From positions 41,676 to 105,675 of the IMG/VR virus record IMGVR_UViG_3300044701_002547: 64,000 nt of DNA; one strand, 5' to 3'. Of the stretch, positions 18,145-28,234 are shown in pieces. A program made the translations under genes and the position numbers. The notes beneath the pieces were generated by a model, which did not search any database, had not been told where the DNA came from, and saw only the letters and a program-made list of their open reading frames with translations. The DNA is from a virus. Every line of letters starts with the position of its first letter. Position 1 is the first letter of the stretch.

Positions 18145-20169
18145 ATGGCAATAAAACCTACAATTTCTCTCAAAGGTTTAAGATCTTCAGCAGCACAGAC
18201 AGGGAAAACTGCTAAATCAATACAGTCTTCTTTAACTTCCAATATAAAGCAAAAAACAAATTTATATTCAAGTATTAAAACTATTAAAAAAAGAAGAGAA
18301 GAGAGAGATCGAAGAAATATTTTACAAACTCAATTACTAGCACCCACTCTTGTCAGAGCAAGAAGGGGTCCAAAATCTTTAGCGACAACAACTCAACAAG
18401 GATTGAGTATTGGTGATAGATTGATGGGATTTTTAAAGTATGCAACTGCAGGATGGCTTTTGAGTAATATACCAACCTGGTCTGCACTAGGAAATCAACT
18501 TGTTAGAAGACTTAAAACTGCTGGAAGTATTTTAAGTAATTATGGTGATGAGACTCTAAAAGTATTAACGGGAATTACCAATGTTTTTGGCGCAGCTCTT
18601 ACTAATATTTCGAGTTTTGATTTCTTAGATAGTTCTTCAAGATTAAAAAATTCATTTGAAAATTTAATGACAAATGTTGATGATTTGGGAAAAGGAATTA
18701 TAGATGCATTTAATGTAATTCTTCAACCTTTTACTGATATTCCTCCACTTGGTTCAGATCAATTAGAAAGAGAAAGACAACAACAAGAACAGGATAGTGG
18801 AACAGGACAACCCCAACCACCATCTGGAACTCGTGGAGGAAATTCTGATTTTTGGACTTTGGTTGCAGTTGTCTCTAGGGAAGATAGTGATCCTCAAGGG
18901 CAAGCAGACGTAGCACAATCAATTTATAATCGTGTAGCATCTGGTGCTTATGGATCTAAAAATATTCGACAACTTATTTTAAGAGAAAGTCAATATCAAC
19001 CAACTTGGGAACGTCCAAAACCAAGAAGTGATAGAAAACAAATACCAAATCCAGAATGGTATGAAATTACTGACGCAGAATCTGCAGCAAAAGCAACTGG
19101 ATTTTCTGTCTCAACTATAAAGGGAGTTGCTAACAATATTACAAATCCAACATTACAAAAAGAAGCAGTAAAATTTGTTGGTGGAAGGACAGATTTTAAA
19201 GCTTCAAATAATCGATTTTCTGGATCAATTCAAAGAAAAGCAGGTGATAATAATTTTGGATGGCAGTATGGATATAGTGGAACAACAGTTGGGCAAATTC
19301 CAAATTTAGGTTTAACACCGCCATCAACATCTCCACCTCCAGCAAGACCTGTCCCATCATCTAATTTTGCTCCAGTTTCTGGAGATAGCGGTTCTTCTAT
19401 GGGAAGAAGACCTGCAAGAGTTCCTTTTAGTCCATTTAAACCTAATTCAGGTGCTGTTATAACTTCTGTTATGGGATTGAGGAAGGGAAAGCCTCACACC
19501 GGATATGATTTAGCATCCCCTTCAGGAACTCCACTTTATGCATATTTTTCTGGTATTGTTACACATGAAAATCGTGCTCCTGGAAGAGGTCCCGATCACG
19601 GAGCTGGGTATGGGTATTGGATTATATGGAAAGATGATGTTTATGGATCATATCATTTCTTTGGTCACATGTTAAAGCCTGCTGAAGTTAAAAAAGGTCA
19701 AAGATTTAATCAGGGAGCATTGTTAGGATATGTTGGAAGTACTGGAAGATCTACTGGACCTCATTTACACTGGGAGATCTCAAAAGATGCTCCAGATTCA
19801 ATGGGAAATTTTAAAACTCGTGAAGATATTCCAACCTGGTTAAAAAATCACCCAATTAAGAAAACTCCAACCCAAGTAACACCTCAATCAAGACCATCAG
19901 TTCCATTAGTTCCTACTCCAGCAGCAACTACTACTCAAGAAGAACAGCAAGCACAAATAGATAGTTCTTATAGAGAAGGTCTTGCGGAAGGAATAACGCA
20001 AGAAAGACAAGGAAGAAAAGTAGTTGTAATTGATGATAGAAGTTCTCCCATCATACAACAAGTTGTGTCAGGTGGCGGTGGTGATGGCATTACATTTTCA
20101 ATTAATGAATCTGCCTTGTTAAATAATTTTATAAAAAATAAACTTCTCTTAGATTTAAATTACGTCTAA
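18145..20169 (+). CDS. Virion-associated lysin: cell-wall hydrolase-like domain + M23 peptidase
   Basis: VAQSIYNRV...QYQP; M23 motifs HTGYD, GYG, VGSTGRSTGPHLHWE. Confidence 0.75.
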   Translation: MAIKPTISLKGLRSSAAQTGKTAKSIQSSLTSNIKQKTNLYSSIKTIKKRREERDRRNILQTQLLAPTLVRARRGPKSLATTTQQGLSIGDRLMGFLKYATAGWLLSNIPTWSALGNQLVRRLKTAGSILSNYGDETLKVLTGITNVFGAALTNISSFDFLDSSSRLKNSFENLMTNVDDLGKGIIDAFNVILQPFTDIPPLGSDQLERERQQQEQDSGTGQPQPPSGTRGGNSDFWTLVAVVSREDSDPQGQADVAQSIYNRVASGAYGSKNIRQLILRESQYQPTWERPKPRSDRKQIPNPEWYEITDAESAAKATGFSVSTIKGVANNITNPTLQKEAVKFVGGRTDFKASNNRFSGSIQRKAGDNNFGWQYGYSGTTVGQIPNLGLTPPSTSPPPARPVPSSNFAPVSGDSGSSMGRRPARVPFSPFKPNSGAVITSVMGLRKGKPHTGYDLASPSGTPLYAYFSGIVTHENRAPGRGPDHGAGYGYWIIWKDDVYGSYHFFGHMLKPAEVKKGQRFNQGALLGYVGSTGRSTGPHLHWEISKDAPDSMGNFKTREDIPTWLKNHPIKKTPTQVTPQSRPSVPLVPTPAATTTQEEQQAQIDSSYREGLAEGITQERQGRKVVVIDDRSSPIIQQVVSGGGGDGITFSINESALLNNFIKNKLLLDLNYV

Positions 20170-21494
20170 TGTCAATTAAACAGTCAATATTTGAAGAAAT
20201 TACGATTGAATCAAATGATCAGTCAAGAACTGTAGATATTACATCAGGTTCTGTGATGATTGATTATTATGAGGATATATTCTCACCAACCATCACTGCA
20301 AAAATCAGAGTTATTAATACGGGTAATACAGTTGTCGGTGCAGATAGTAAAGATAATCAATTACAAGCAATTTACACTGGTCTTCCTTTAAGAGGAGGAG
20401 AGAGAGTTGGAATGAAAATTGCTGGAAATAGAGAGGGAAATCCAGGACTAGATTTTTCATTTGATCCTAAGACTTATTTGTATGTTTCTAGCATAAGTGA
20501 TGTAATTGCCGAGAACAACAAAGAAAGTTTTACTCTTCATTTAGTGTCTAGGGAAGCAATCACAAATGAGACAACTAGAGTTGCTAAAAAATATGCAAAC
20601 TTACCAATTAATGAATCCGTAAATAAAATTCTTACAGATGTATTGAGAGCAAATAAAATTGGTACATTAGATCAAACATCAAATAATTATTCTTTCATTG
20701 GTAATCTTAGAAAACCATTTACTGTTCTAACTTGGTTAGCTTCAAAAGGTGTTCCAGAAAAATCGGGAAGTGGCACGGCGGGGTTTTTCTTTTATCAGAC
20801 AGTTGATGGATTTCAATTTAGATCAATTGATTTATTAACTCAACAACCAAAAAAAGAGACCTTTACATATAGTGAAGCAACTGAAACTTATGATGCTGAA
20901 GGTCAGAGAACGAATAATGACTTTAAAATTTTAAATTATACGATACAAAAAAATCAAAATTTAATTGAAAAACTAAGATTAGGAACATATTCAAATGTCA
21001 GATATTTTTTCAATCCATTAACAGGATCTATTACTGAACCAGGCAAAGTTACATTCAAGTATAGTGATTATGCAGACAATACAAACAATCTTGGAAAAGA
21101 ATTAATTAATTTACCTAAAATTTCTGATAATGCTGGGAAAACTTTAGGAGATTGTCCGACGAGAATTATTACAGGAGTTCTTGATGTTGGAACAATGCAA
21201 CCGGGAATTTCTACAAGCACAAATGCAGATCCAACAGAATACCAATCGCAAGTATTGATGAGATACAATAATATGTTTATGCAAACTTTGAATGTGATGG
21301 TTCCTTCAAATACAAATCTGAGAGCTGGTGATGTAATTGAATGTCTATTTCCTAAGATTTCAAGAGCATCTGCTAGAGAATATGATGAGGATCAAAGTGG
21401 TCTATATATGATTAAAGAGTTATGTCATCATTTTGATGCTACTCGTTCTTATACCTCTTTAAAATTAATTAGAGATACTTTTGGTAGAAAATAA
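20169..21494 (+). CDS. Baseplate hub protein (gp27-like, putative)
   Basis: YYEDIFSP, FFFYQTVDGFQFRSID, SGLYMIKELCHHF; directly upstream of gp5. Confidence 0.55.
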   Translation: MSIKQSIFEEITIESNDQSRTVDITSGSVMIDYYEDIFSPTITAKIRVINTGNTVVGADSKDNQLQAIYTGLPLRGGERVGMKIAGNREGNPGLDFSFDPKTYLYVSSISDVIAENNKESFTLHLVSREAITNETTRVAKKYANLPINESVNKILTDVLRANKIGTLDQTSNNYSFIGNLRKPFTVLTWLASKGVPEKSGSGTAGFFFYQTVDGFQFRSIDLLTQQPKKETFTYSEATETYDAEGQRTNNDFKILNYTIQKNQNLIEKLRLGTYSNVRYFFNPLTGSITEPGKVTFKYSDYADNTNNLGKELINLPKISDNAGKTLGDCPTRIITGVLDVGTMQPGISTSTNADPTEYQSQVLMRYNNMFMQTLNVMVPSNTNLRAGDVIECLFPKISRASAREYDEDQSGLYMIKELCHHFDATRSYTSLKLIRDTFGRK

Positions 21495-21500
21495 ACAAAT

Positions 21501-23522
21501 ATGTTAGACCAATCATTACTTCAAAGTCATTTTATAGGTAGGGATGGTTTCCGTTGGTGGTTGGGGCAAATTCCTCCTGTTGAAGTGTGGCAAGAACAAG
21601 CAGATAAAAATGGTTGGGGTCTTAGAGTTAAGGTTAGAATTCTTGGTTATCATTCTCTTGACCCTAATGATTTGAGTGATGAAGAATTACCTTGGGCTCA
21701 GGTAATGTTGCCAACAACTGCTGGATCTGGTGGTGCTTTTTATGGCACAAATCCAAAAGTAAGACAAGGTGATATGGTAATTGGGTTCTTTATGGATGGT
21801 GATAATGCCCAAATTCCTGTCATTATGGGTGTATTGGGAAAGACGGATACTTGGGGAGATTTAAATTATCAAAATCCATTTACACCTTTTACTGGATATA
21901 CTAAAAATATACCAAAACCAGATTTATCTATGAGAGGATTACCTACAGGGACTCCTACAAATGAAGGTACTATCACTTCAGGAGGAGTACCTCCGGCAAT
22001 TGATCCTAATAAAGGACAAACAGCATCGAGTGCAGTAGGAACAAAAGTTGTATTGGCAAATACTTGTGAGAACACAACTCAACCAGTAATTAAATCGGAA
22101 ATTGATAATTTACTTAAATGGATTCAAGATAAACAGGCAAAAATTGGCGAATATAATTTAAAAGTTAGAAATACTGCTGAAGTTATTAAAGGTGCTTTGG
22201 GTTGGGTAATCAATGAGATGTTTAAAAGGTTAGAATTATTTCTAGTGGGTGATGAAAAAAAACCTGGAATCATACCAAGAGGAATACAAGCTTTATATAT
22301 TGCAGTTTATGGAGCAACATACGCTGCTACTCAAAATCCAGCAATTGCACACGAAGCAGGATGTAGGGCAGAAAATGCCTGTATTGTTCCAGTCCAAATA
22401 CTTGAAAAGGCGATTATTTGCATTAAAAATGCAGTTGTGGATGGGTTAGCAGGATTTATAGTAGAAATTCTAAACTCACTTATTCAAAATGTAAAATCTT
22501 TTGTAACATGTGCCGCAGAACAATTTATTGGTGTAATGTTAAACGCAGTTGTAGATCAAGTTTCTGCTGGTTTAACTTCTGCCCTAGATGGAATTCTTAG
22601 TATTTTGGGAGTTGCTTTTAATGTTGCTAGTTTCTTACGAGGAGGATTAACTGGTTTATTCGGATCTCTTGATTGTGGGCAAAGTAATACAAAATGTGAC
22701 GGAACAAAAGAATGGATTATTGGTGTTGGCCCAAAAAATCCTCAAAGTACTAATCTTCAAAATATTATGGATGCAGTTAATAATGTATCATCTCTTGTGG
22801 AATCAACGGTTCAAGGAGTATCTGGAGTATCACAAAGTTTTCAAAATTCTGTAGATTCAATCAATTCGGCTGTGGATATTTTGAATGGAAATTCTTCTCT
22901 AGAATTTGGGGGAGACATTAATTCTTGCTATACTGGAACTCCAACAAGTTGTGGTCCTCCAACTCTTAAGATTTTTGGTGGGGGTGGTATAAATGGCGCT
23001 GCTGCTCCAATTTTTGGATCTATAATTCAAAGTACATCTTTATATCAGAACGTTTTCCAAACAACTAGTATTATTGGAGCTACTATTACAAATGCAGGTT
23101 CAGGTTATCGTTTCCCACCATTTGTTGAAATCACAGACAATTGTGGATTAGGATACGGAGCAAAGGCAAGATCTGTAATTAATGATAAGGGAGAACTTGA
23201 GGCGATTTATATTGTATCTCCTGGAATTGGTTATCCAATTGGAGATCAAGAACCTAGTGGAGTTACGGATACTGTAATTCAATCTTCTGGTCTTAATTAC
23301 TCTGAAGGTGATACGGCAACTGATGATTTTGGAAATGAATATGATTTAACTATTGAAGATGGGCGTATTATATCTGCTAGACCAATAAATAGTGTTGAAA
23401 TTACAGATCTTCCTAGAATTACTGTAAATTCTGAAACAGGATTCGGTGCTGTTATAAGTCCAGTGTTTGGTCCTATTTTCCTAGGAACTAAAATTCAAAC
23501 ACAAATAGATTGTCCAATATAA
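21501..23522 (+). CDS. gp5: gp5-like baseplate spike protein, N-terminal OB-fold part
   Basis: RVKVRILGYH, LPWAQV, VIGFFMDGDNAQIPVIMG; no T4-lysozyme motif recognised. Confidence 0.75.
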   Translation: MLDQSLLQSHFIGRDGFRWWLGQIPPVEVWQEQADKNGWGLRVKVRILGYHSLDPNDLSDEELPWAQVMLPTTAGSGGAFYGTNPKVRQGDMVIGFFMDGDNAQIPVIMGVLGKTDTWGDLNYQNPFTPFTGYTKNIPKPDLSMRGLPTGTPTNEGTITSGGVPPAIDPNKGQTASSAVGTKVVLANTCENTTQPVIKSEIDNLLKWIQDKQAKIGEYNLKVRNTAEVIKGALGWVINEMFKRLELFLVGDEKKPGIIPRGIQALYIAVYGATYAATQNPAIAHEAGCRAENACIVPVQILEKAIICIKNAVVDGLAGFIVEILNSLIQNVKSFVTCAAEQFIGVMLNAVVDQVSAGLTSALDGILSILGVAFNVASFLRGGLTGLFGSLDCGQSNTKCDGTKEWIIGVGPKNPQSTNLQNIMDAVNNVSSLVESTVQGVSGVSQSFQNSVDSINSAVDILNGNSSLEFGGDINSCYTGTPTSCGPPTLKIFGGGGINGAAAPIFGSIIQSTSLYQNVFQTTSIIGATITNAGSGYRFPPFVEITDNCGLGYGAKARSVINDKGELEAIYIVSPGIGYPIGDQEPSGVTDTVIQSSGLNYSEGDTATDDFGNEYDLTIEDGRIISARPINSVEITDLPRITVNSETGFGAVISPVFGPIFLGTKIQTQIDCPI

Positions 23523-23528
23523 TTTAAA

Positions 23529-24101
23529 ATGGCAGATATCGCACTAAAATTAAATTATGAAGCTAAGGACTTTATTAGCGTTGGTCCAAATTTCGTAATT
23601 ACAACTAATGATCCTCGACCAAACGCAGATTCATCATCAATTTTTAACATATATTCTTTTACCAAAGAAAATAATCAACATCTTCAAACTTTTAATGAGT
23701 CTGGATCTTATAAGATTTTAAATGACAGAGGTATTGAAATTTCTGCGGGTAAAAAAGGATCTGAAGGTGATGTAGATATTTGTATTACGGGTCAGGGTGG
23801 AGATATTACAATTACAGCAACAAGTACTGGTGCAGTCAAGATAAGAGCACATACTGTAATGATAGAAGCTGGAGAAGATTTAGATCTAAAAGCAGGTAGA
23901 AATGTTAATATAAATGCGGGATCTGGAAGAATTAAATTAGAGGCTGACAAAATAGATGAAATTGCGATAAATGGTAATGCAGTTACTAATAATTTCCTTG
24001 TGAGGGCATTTTCTTTGGCACATAATTATGATGCAGTATCTCAAATAGCACAAGGTCAAGATTTACTTTCATCAATACTAGGATCTGTAGGAGTAATCTA
24101 A
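23529..24101 (+). CDS. Spike beta-helix-like protein (gp5 C-terminal-like)
   Basis: Repetitive beta strands GDITITA..GAVKIRA..IEAGEDLDLKAGRNVNINAG. Confidence 0.5.
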   Translation: MADIALKLNYEAKDFISVGPNFVITTNDPRPNADSSSIFNIYSFTKENNQHLQTFNESGSYKILNDRGIEISAGKKGSEGDVDICITGQGGDITITATSTGAVKIRAHTVMIEAGEDLDLKAGRNVNINAGSGRIKLEADKIDEIAINGNAVTNNFLVRAFSLAHNYDAVSQIAQGQDLLSSILGSVGVI

Positions 24102-24973
24102 TGGGACTTATTTCACTTGTATTAAAATTTTTAGGGTTCCCAGATTTTCCCGAAAAAGGAAAAAAAACCTTTAATTCCACTGAAACTACTTTTGGTAGTA
24201 ATGTAATTATTTCAGGAGAAACCGTTCAGCAAAGTAATTCTGTAACATTAAGAGAAAAATTACTTTGTGGTAACTTATGGATGCTTAAAAATCCATTTGA
24301 TCTAAAACCAGTAATTCCAAATATTTTTGGTTCTTTTGGAATTATTGCTGGATGGTCTGGAGTCTTTGTAACTGGAATCACACAAACTCTTGGAACAGTT
24401 TTTGAAATTGGATCATCTATAAAAACAGGTGCCTTAGATGTGGATTATTCTGCAATAACTAATAATTTTGCAGGATTAAAGGCTGACGTAGTTCCAGAGC
24501 ATTTTACTGTTACTCCATCGGATGATTTAACCTCTCCAAAGGGGAATTTAAATGGGTTTTGGTCATTTAATGGATTTAAAATATCAACAGATCCAGATGC
24601 AACATCAGATATTCGTTTAAAAAAGAATATTGAGAGATTTGAAAATGGTCTGGATATTGTTTTGGATTTAAAACCAGTTCGTTTTGATTGGAGAGAAGAT
24701 AAGTGCCCTTCTTCATTTTTACAAGAATTCAGAGAACCTGATGATGAATATGGTTATCCTGGAAAAGTTAAAAGACAATATGGACTTATCGCACAAGAAG
24801 TTGAGGAAATCGCTCCTGATCTTGTCGGTGAAAGAAAGATGTATGATGAAAATTATAAGTTAATTCGCTATGAAAAACTTGTTCCTATTTTAATCTCAGC
24901 AGTTCAGGAACAACAAAAACAAATTGAAGAACTCCAAAAACAGATTAATGATCTAAATCAACAAAATAAATAA
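24101..24973 (+). CDS. Tail-associated protein with intramolecular chaperone (peptidase S74) domain
   Basis: SDIRLKKNI, GLIAQEVE, YEKLVPILISAVQE plus coiled coil. Confidence 0.8.
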   Translation: MGLISLVLKFLGFPDFPEKGKKTFNSTETTFGSNVIISGETVQQSNSVTLREKLLCGNLWMLKNPFDLKPVIPNIFGSFGIIAGWSGVFVTGITQTLGTVFEIGSSIKTGALDVDYSAITNNFAGLKADVVPEHFTVTPSDDLTSPKGNLNGFWSFNGFKISTDPDATSDIRLKKNIERFENGLDIVLDLKPVRFDWREDKCPSSFLQEFREPDDEYGYPGKVKRQYGLIAQEVEEIAPDLVGERKMYDENYKLIRYEKLVPILISAVQEQQKQIEELQKQINDLNQQNK

Positions 24974-24997
24974 AGAACAAAGAGAGATTGAATAAAA

Positions 24998-26917
24998 ATG
25001 ATTGATGAAAATTTGAGAAGTGATGTTCTTAAAATTCTTGAAGACGAACAGAATCAACTAATTGGGGCCTTAGAATCTCAAACTAATTTAACTGTTCCCG
25101 AAACAATTACAGTTGTTGAAACAGAACAAAATTCTGATGGAACTTTAACTGAAAAGGTTACGGAACAACCTAGTAATTATATCAACGAAGGAGTTGATTC
25201 AGAACTTAGATCTAAGTTCGCTAATGAAGCAGAAACTCTTCAAGCATTCTGTAAAATCATAGATGATGAAATTATTTCTTTGAATAATCAAATTAATGTA
25301 AAAAAAGAACAAATTGTTATTTTATCTGACGAAGCAGCAACTGGTAATTGTTGGCCAGGAATTGCCTACAGTGGTGGTATTTTTAGTTTTCTGGGAACAT
25401 TTTATGGAACTAATGTTACTGTAAAGGAAGAGGTTGAAAATCTTCGTATATATCCAAATGTCGCAGGACCTACAGCAAGATATGATATACTTAATCCCTT
25501 TGAACCAGACTCTGTAAATAATCTTACTCCTGAATATTCTGGATATGGATATCGAAATTTGCAAGATCCTAATTTCTATAAAAATAAAGATAGGACATTA
25601 ACTGGAAATAAAGTTGATGGTAGTGGAGATAATATAGGAAATGGTAGATTTGATATATCAGAAACTCAATCTGATCATAATGCAAGAGTTATAAGTGTAT
25701 TTCGTACTTATAGTGGCGCTACTAATCCTGCCAGATGCGTTGGAATTGGAACTAGTATTCGAGTTTTATACAACGAAATTATTGATCTAAGAAAGCAAAG
25801 AGATTCTTTAAGAGAAGATTTAAACACAATCAAAGAAAATAAAAGCGAAAAAGAACTTGCTGCTTGGGGATCTAAAAGAATTGATAATCAAATTGTAGCA
25901 AGAGAAACAAAGAATCTAGGAGCAATTGCCTCAGTTAAAAATTATAATACTGATGTAACAATAAATGCTGATGCTACTGTTTTATATCTAGATGTTGGAG
26001 ATCCTGATTCATATTCGGGTATTGGAACAATTTGGTATGATAGAAGTGGATATGGAAATAATGCAACGATATATCCAATAGGTACTTCTATTTCTTATAG
26101 TATTTCTGATGGCAATTACTTTACATTTAATGCAATTGATCAATATGTACAAACTGGAATTAAAACAACAAATCAAGCTAATGTTTTGGGTGTAGGAACA
26201 ACCTGGACAATGGAAACCTGGTTTAAGGTTAATGGAGGTCCATCCAGTATCTTTAATTCAGTTGTATCTGCTGCTGGCACAGTTAGACCTATTTCTGGCA
26301 TTATTACTGGTATTACAACCACAAGTATTGCTGTAGGTCAAAATGTTGTGGGATTATCGACTATTGTTTCTGTTGGAACAACGGTAACTGCAATTGGAAT
26401 CGGAAGTGTTTATATCAGCCCCAAATCTCTCAATAATGATACAGTTTCATCAACTTTTAGTTTTGGAAATTACTTGAATTATGCAAACACAATTGTAGAT
26501 GTAAATTCAACTTCTACAAGCACTAATATGCTGGGAGTTTCTTATGGACAAAGTGGAATATTCTCTGGGATTTCTAAAAACAGATTAATCTATACTGTTT
26601 CTTCTGGAGCTGCAACTACAACTCTTGTTGGATCTGCAATTACAAATGGTGCTTGGTATCACGGTGTTGTTGTAAGAAACGGAACAAATAATACCAAACT
26701 CTATGTCAATGGTGTTGGAGTTGCTACTTATTCTGGGGATGTTGCTTTGGGAACCGCAAGTACAACTACAACTAAGATTGCTGCCTGGACTGATGAAAAC
26801 ATTTACTCTAATATATCAGTATCGGTCGTAAAAGTGTATCAGAGATCTTATACGGATGATGAGGTCAAGAACAAATTTGACGCTTCCAGAGGCAGATATG
26901 GGATCATTGGGACTTGA
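24998..26917 (+). CDS. Virion structural protein with LamG/ConA-like domain
   Basis: LYLDVGDPDSYSG.GTIWYDRSG, WTMETWF, WYHGVVVR, KLYVNG. Confidence 0.7.
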   Translation: MIDENLRSDVLKILEDEQNQLIGALESQTNLTVPETITVVETEQNSDGTLTEKVTEQPSNYINEGVDSELRSKFANEAETLQAFCKIIDDEIISLNNQINVKKEQIVILSDEAATGNCWPGIAYSGGIFSFLGTFYGTNVTVKEEVENLRIYPNVAGPTARYDILNPFEPDSVNNLTPEYSGYGYRNLQDPNFYKNKDRTLTGNKVDGSGDNIGNGRFDISETQSDHNARVISVFRTYSGATNPARCVGIGTSIRVLYNEIIDLRKQRDSLREDLNTIKENKSEKELAAWGSKRIDNQIVARETKNLGAIASVKNYNTDVTINADATVLYLDVGDPDSYSGIGTIWYDRSGYGNNATIYPIGTSISYSISDGNYFTFNAIDQYVQTGIKTTNQANVLGVGTTWTMETWFKVNGGPSSIFNSVVSAAGTVRPISGIITGITTTSIAVGQNVVGLSTIVSVGTTVTAIGIGSVYISPKSLNNDTVSSTFSFGNYLNYANTIVDVNSTSTSTNMLGVSYGQSGIFSGISKNRLIYTVSSGAATTTLVGSAITNGAWYHGVVVRNGTNNTKLYVNGVGVATYSGDVALGTASTTTTKIAAWTDENIYSNISVSVVKVYQRSYTDDEVKNKFDASRGRYGIIGT

Positions 26918-26944
26918 CACCCGCCCCGGGGTGCTCTATAATAC

Positions 26945-27169
26945 GTGGGTAATCAACAAAACCACCTAATGAGTATCACACAAGAAACTGTACAAGGCAT
27001 TGTAATTGACGTATGCACTAAGTCCTTCTTGCTTCTCAGCGATCAAGGAAGTACCAAAGAGGTCAATTGTGAAACCACCGAGCAGTTTATGAATGTGTTG
27101 GAAGTTGTGACTGCCAATCTTGAACCTGACCAAATCCAATATGCAGACCTTGCAGTTTATGGGCAGTGA
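26945..27169 (+). CDS. Hypothetical protein (probable start 26969)
   Basis: ORF downstream of a TTGACA...TATAAT promoter. Confidence 0.6.
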   Translation: MGNQQNHLMSITQETVQGIVIDVCTKSFLLLSDQGSTKEVNCETTEQFMNVLEVVTANLEPDQIQYADLAVYGQ

Positions 27170-27193
27170 TGCTATACTATAAATAACGAAAAA

Positions 27194-27367
27194 ATGGAAG
27201 TTTTCACCGTGGAAGAATTTCAAGAACGTTTTGACGAACTGATTGAGAGAGTTGAAAACGGAGAGAGTTTAGGTATAATTGGTGAAGATGGGCGGACAGC
27301 AGTTATGATGCCTGCGGATGAGCAACTCATACGAATATACACTGAGTTGAACAACGAAGCACCCTGA
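27194..27367 (+). CDS. Phd/YefM antitoxin-like small protein
   Basis: MEVFTVEEFQERFDELIERVENGESLGII...AVMMP; TATAAATA at 27178-27185. Confidence 0.55.
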   Translation: MEVFTVEEFQERFDELIERVENGESLGIIGEDGRTAVMMPADEQLIRIYTELNNEAP

Positions 27368-27382
27368 TTCTCGGGGTTTTAT

Positions 27383-27454
27383 GGGACTGTCGCCTATTGG
27401 TTAAGGCCCACTGCTTATAACGGTGTGAACTGTGTTCAATTCACAGCAGTCCTA
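27383..27454 (+). tRNA. tRNA-Ile(UAU)
   Basis: Acceptor GGGACTG/CAGTCCT; anticodon arm CACTG-CTTATAA-CGGTG; TTCAATT T-loop. Confidence 0.85.
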
Positions 27455-27458
27455 CCTT

Positions 27459-27531
27459 GCTGGTTTAGCAATCTGGCGAATGCAATCGACTCATAATCGA
27501 TGGGAGGCGAGTTCGATCCTCGCAACCAGCA
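27459..27531 (+). tRNA. tRNA with CAU anticodon (Met or Ile2)
   Basis: GCTGGTT/AACCAGC; ATCGA-CTCATAA-TCGAT; TTCGATC. Confidence 0.85.
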
Positions 27532-27532
27532 C

Positions 27533-27561
27533 TTGACCACTACAACTCTATGAGTTATAAT
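27533..27561 (+). promoter_or_regulatory. Sigma70 promoter for tRNA-Leu
   Basis: TTGACC-17-TATAAT. Confidence 0.7.
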
Positions 27562-27571
27562 GGTCTCACAA

Positions 27572-27852
27572 GCGAGTATGGTGGAATCGGTAGACACACC
27601 AGACTTATGAAAATTGAGCCTCATTTAGGAAACTTTATGAGTGTAATTCCTCAAATTCGGTGAAACCTGTAAAATGGCAATACCGAGCCAAGCATCGTAA
27701 GATGAAGGTGTAGAGACTAGACGGGGAACACCTAAACCGAAAGGTATGGTGAAGGTATAGTCCAGACCACAAACCGAAAGGGTAGTGAAAACTATAGTGG
27801 TAAGAAAATCTGTTGGGCATTGCCCGTGGGAGTTCAAGTCTCCCTACTCGCA
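27572..27852 (+). tRNA. trnL: tRNA-Leu(UAA), exons 27572-27606 and 27805-27852
   Basis: GCGAGTA/TACTCGC acceptor; spliced loop CTT^AAAA; long variable arm GGGCATTGCCC. Confidence 0.9.
27607..27804 (+). ncRNA. Group I intron (trnL/IC3-like), 198 nt, no ORF
   Basis: IGS TTGAGCC; P AAATTCGGTGAAACC; Q AATACCGAGCC; R GTGTAGAGACTAGA; S GAAGGTATAGTCC; P7 GACTA/TAGTC; terminal G. Confidence 0.9.
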
Positions 27853-27887
27853 TTAAAATAAATATAAGATGTCGGGCACAAAACCCT

Positions 27888-28199
27888 ATGTCTTTTAAGT
27901 ACAGAATCAGTCACGCATACTGTTGGTACAATAATGGTAGTATGATTGTGAAAATGTACTTCATCAACGAGATTCCCTTTACCTTTGATGAGCTCCCAGA
28001 CGGGCACTTATACGACCAAGAACTCTGTAGAACAGCAGACAAATATAGAGCTTTTGAACCAGAAGACTTATATAAAAACTCGTTCTATCTTATAGACGAA
28101 GAGGCACATCCTTGCTTGTTCCCAATGGACCTAGAAAACCCAGAGGATATGCCACCAGATGTAGAATATCTTTTTGATGAGGAAGATTTGACCAGCTAA
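27888..28199 (+). CDS. Hypothetical protein
   Basis: MSFKYRIS... ORF after an ATAAATA motif. Confidence 0.65.
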   Translation: MSFKYRISHAYCWYNNGSMIVKMYFINEIPFTFDELPDGHLYDQELCRTADKYRAFEPEDLYKNSFYLIDEEAHPCLFPMDLENPEDMPPDVEYLFDEEDLTS

Positions 28200-28234
28200 A
28201 TAAAAGATAGCAATAATTTAGAAGTCATAATACG

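Noticed and set aside
27436-27853. Short minus-strand ORFs, including a possible intron-encoded protein
   Set aside because: They overlap tRNAs and the intron core on the wrong strand, with no endonuclease motifs.
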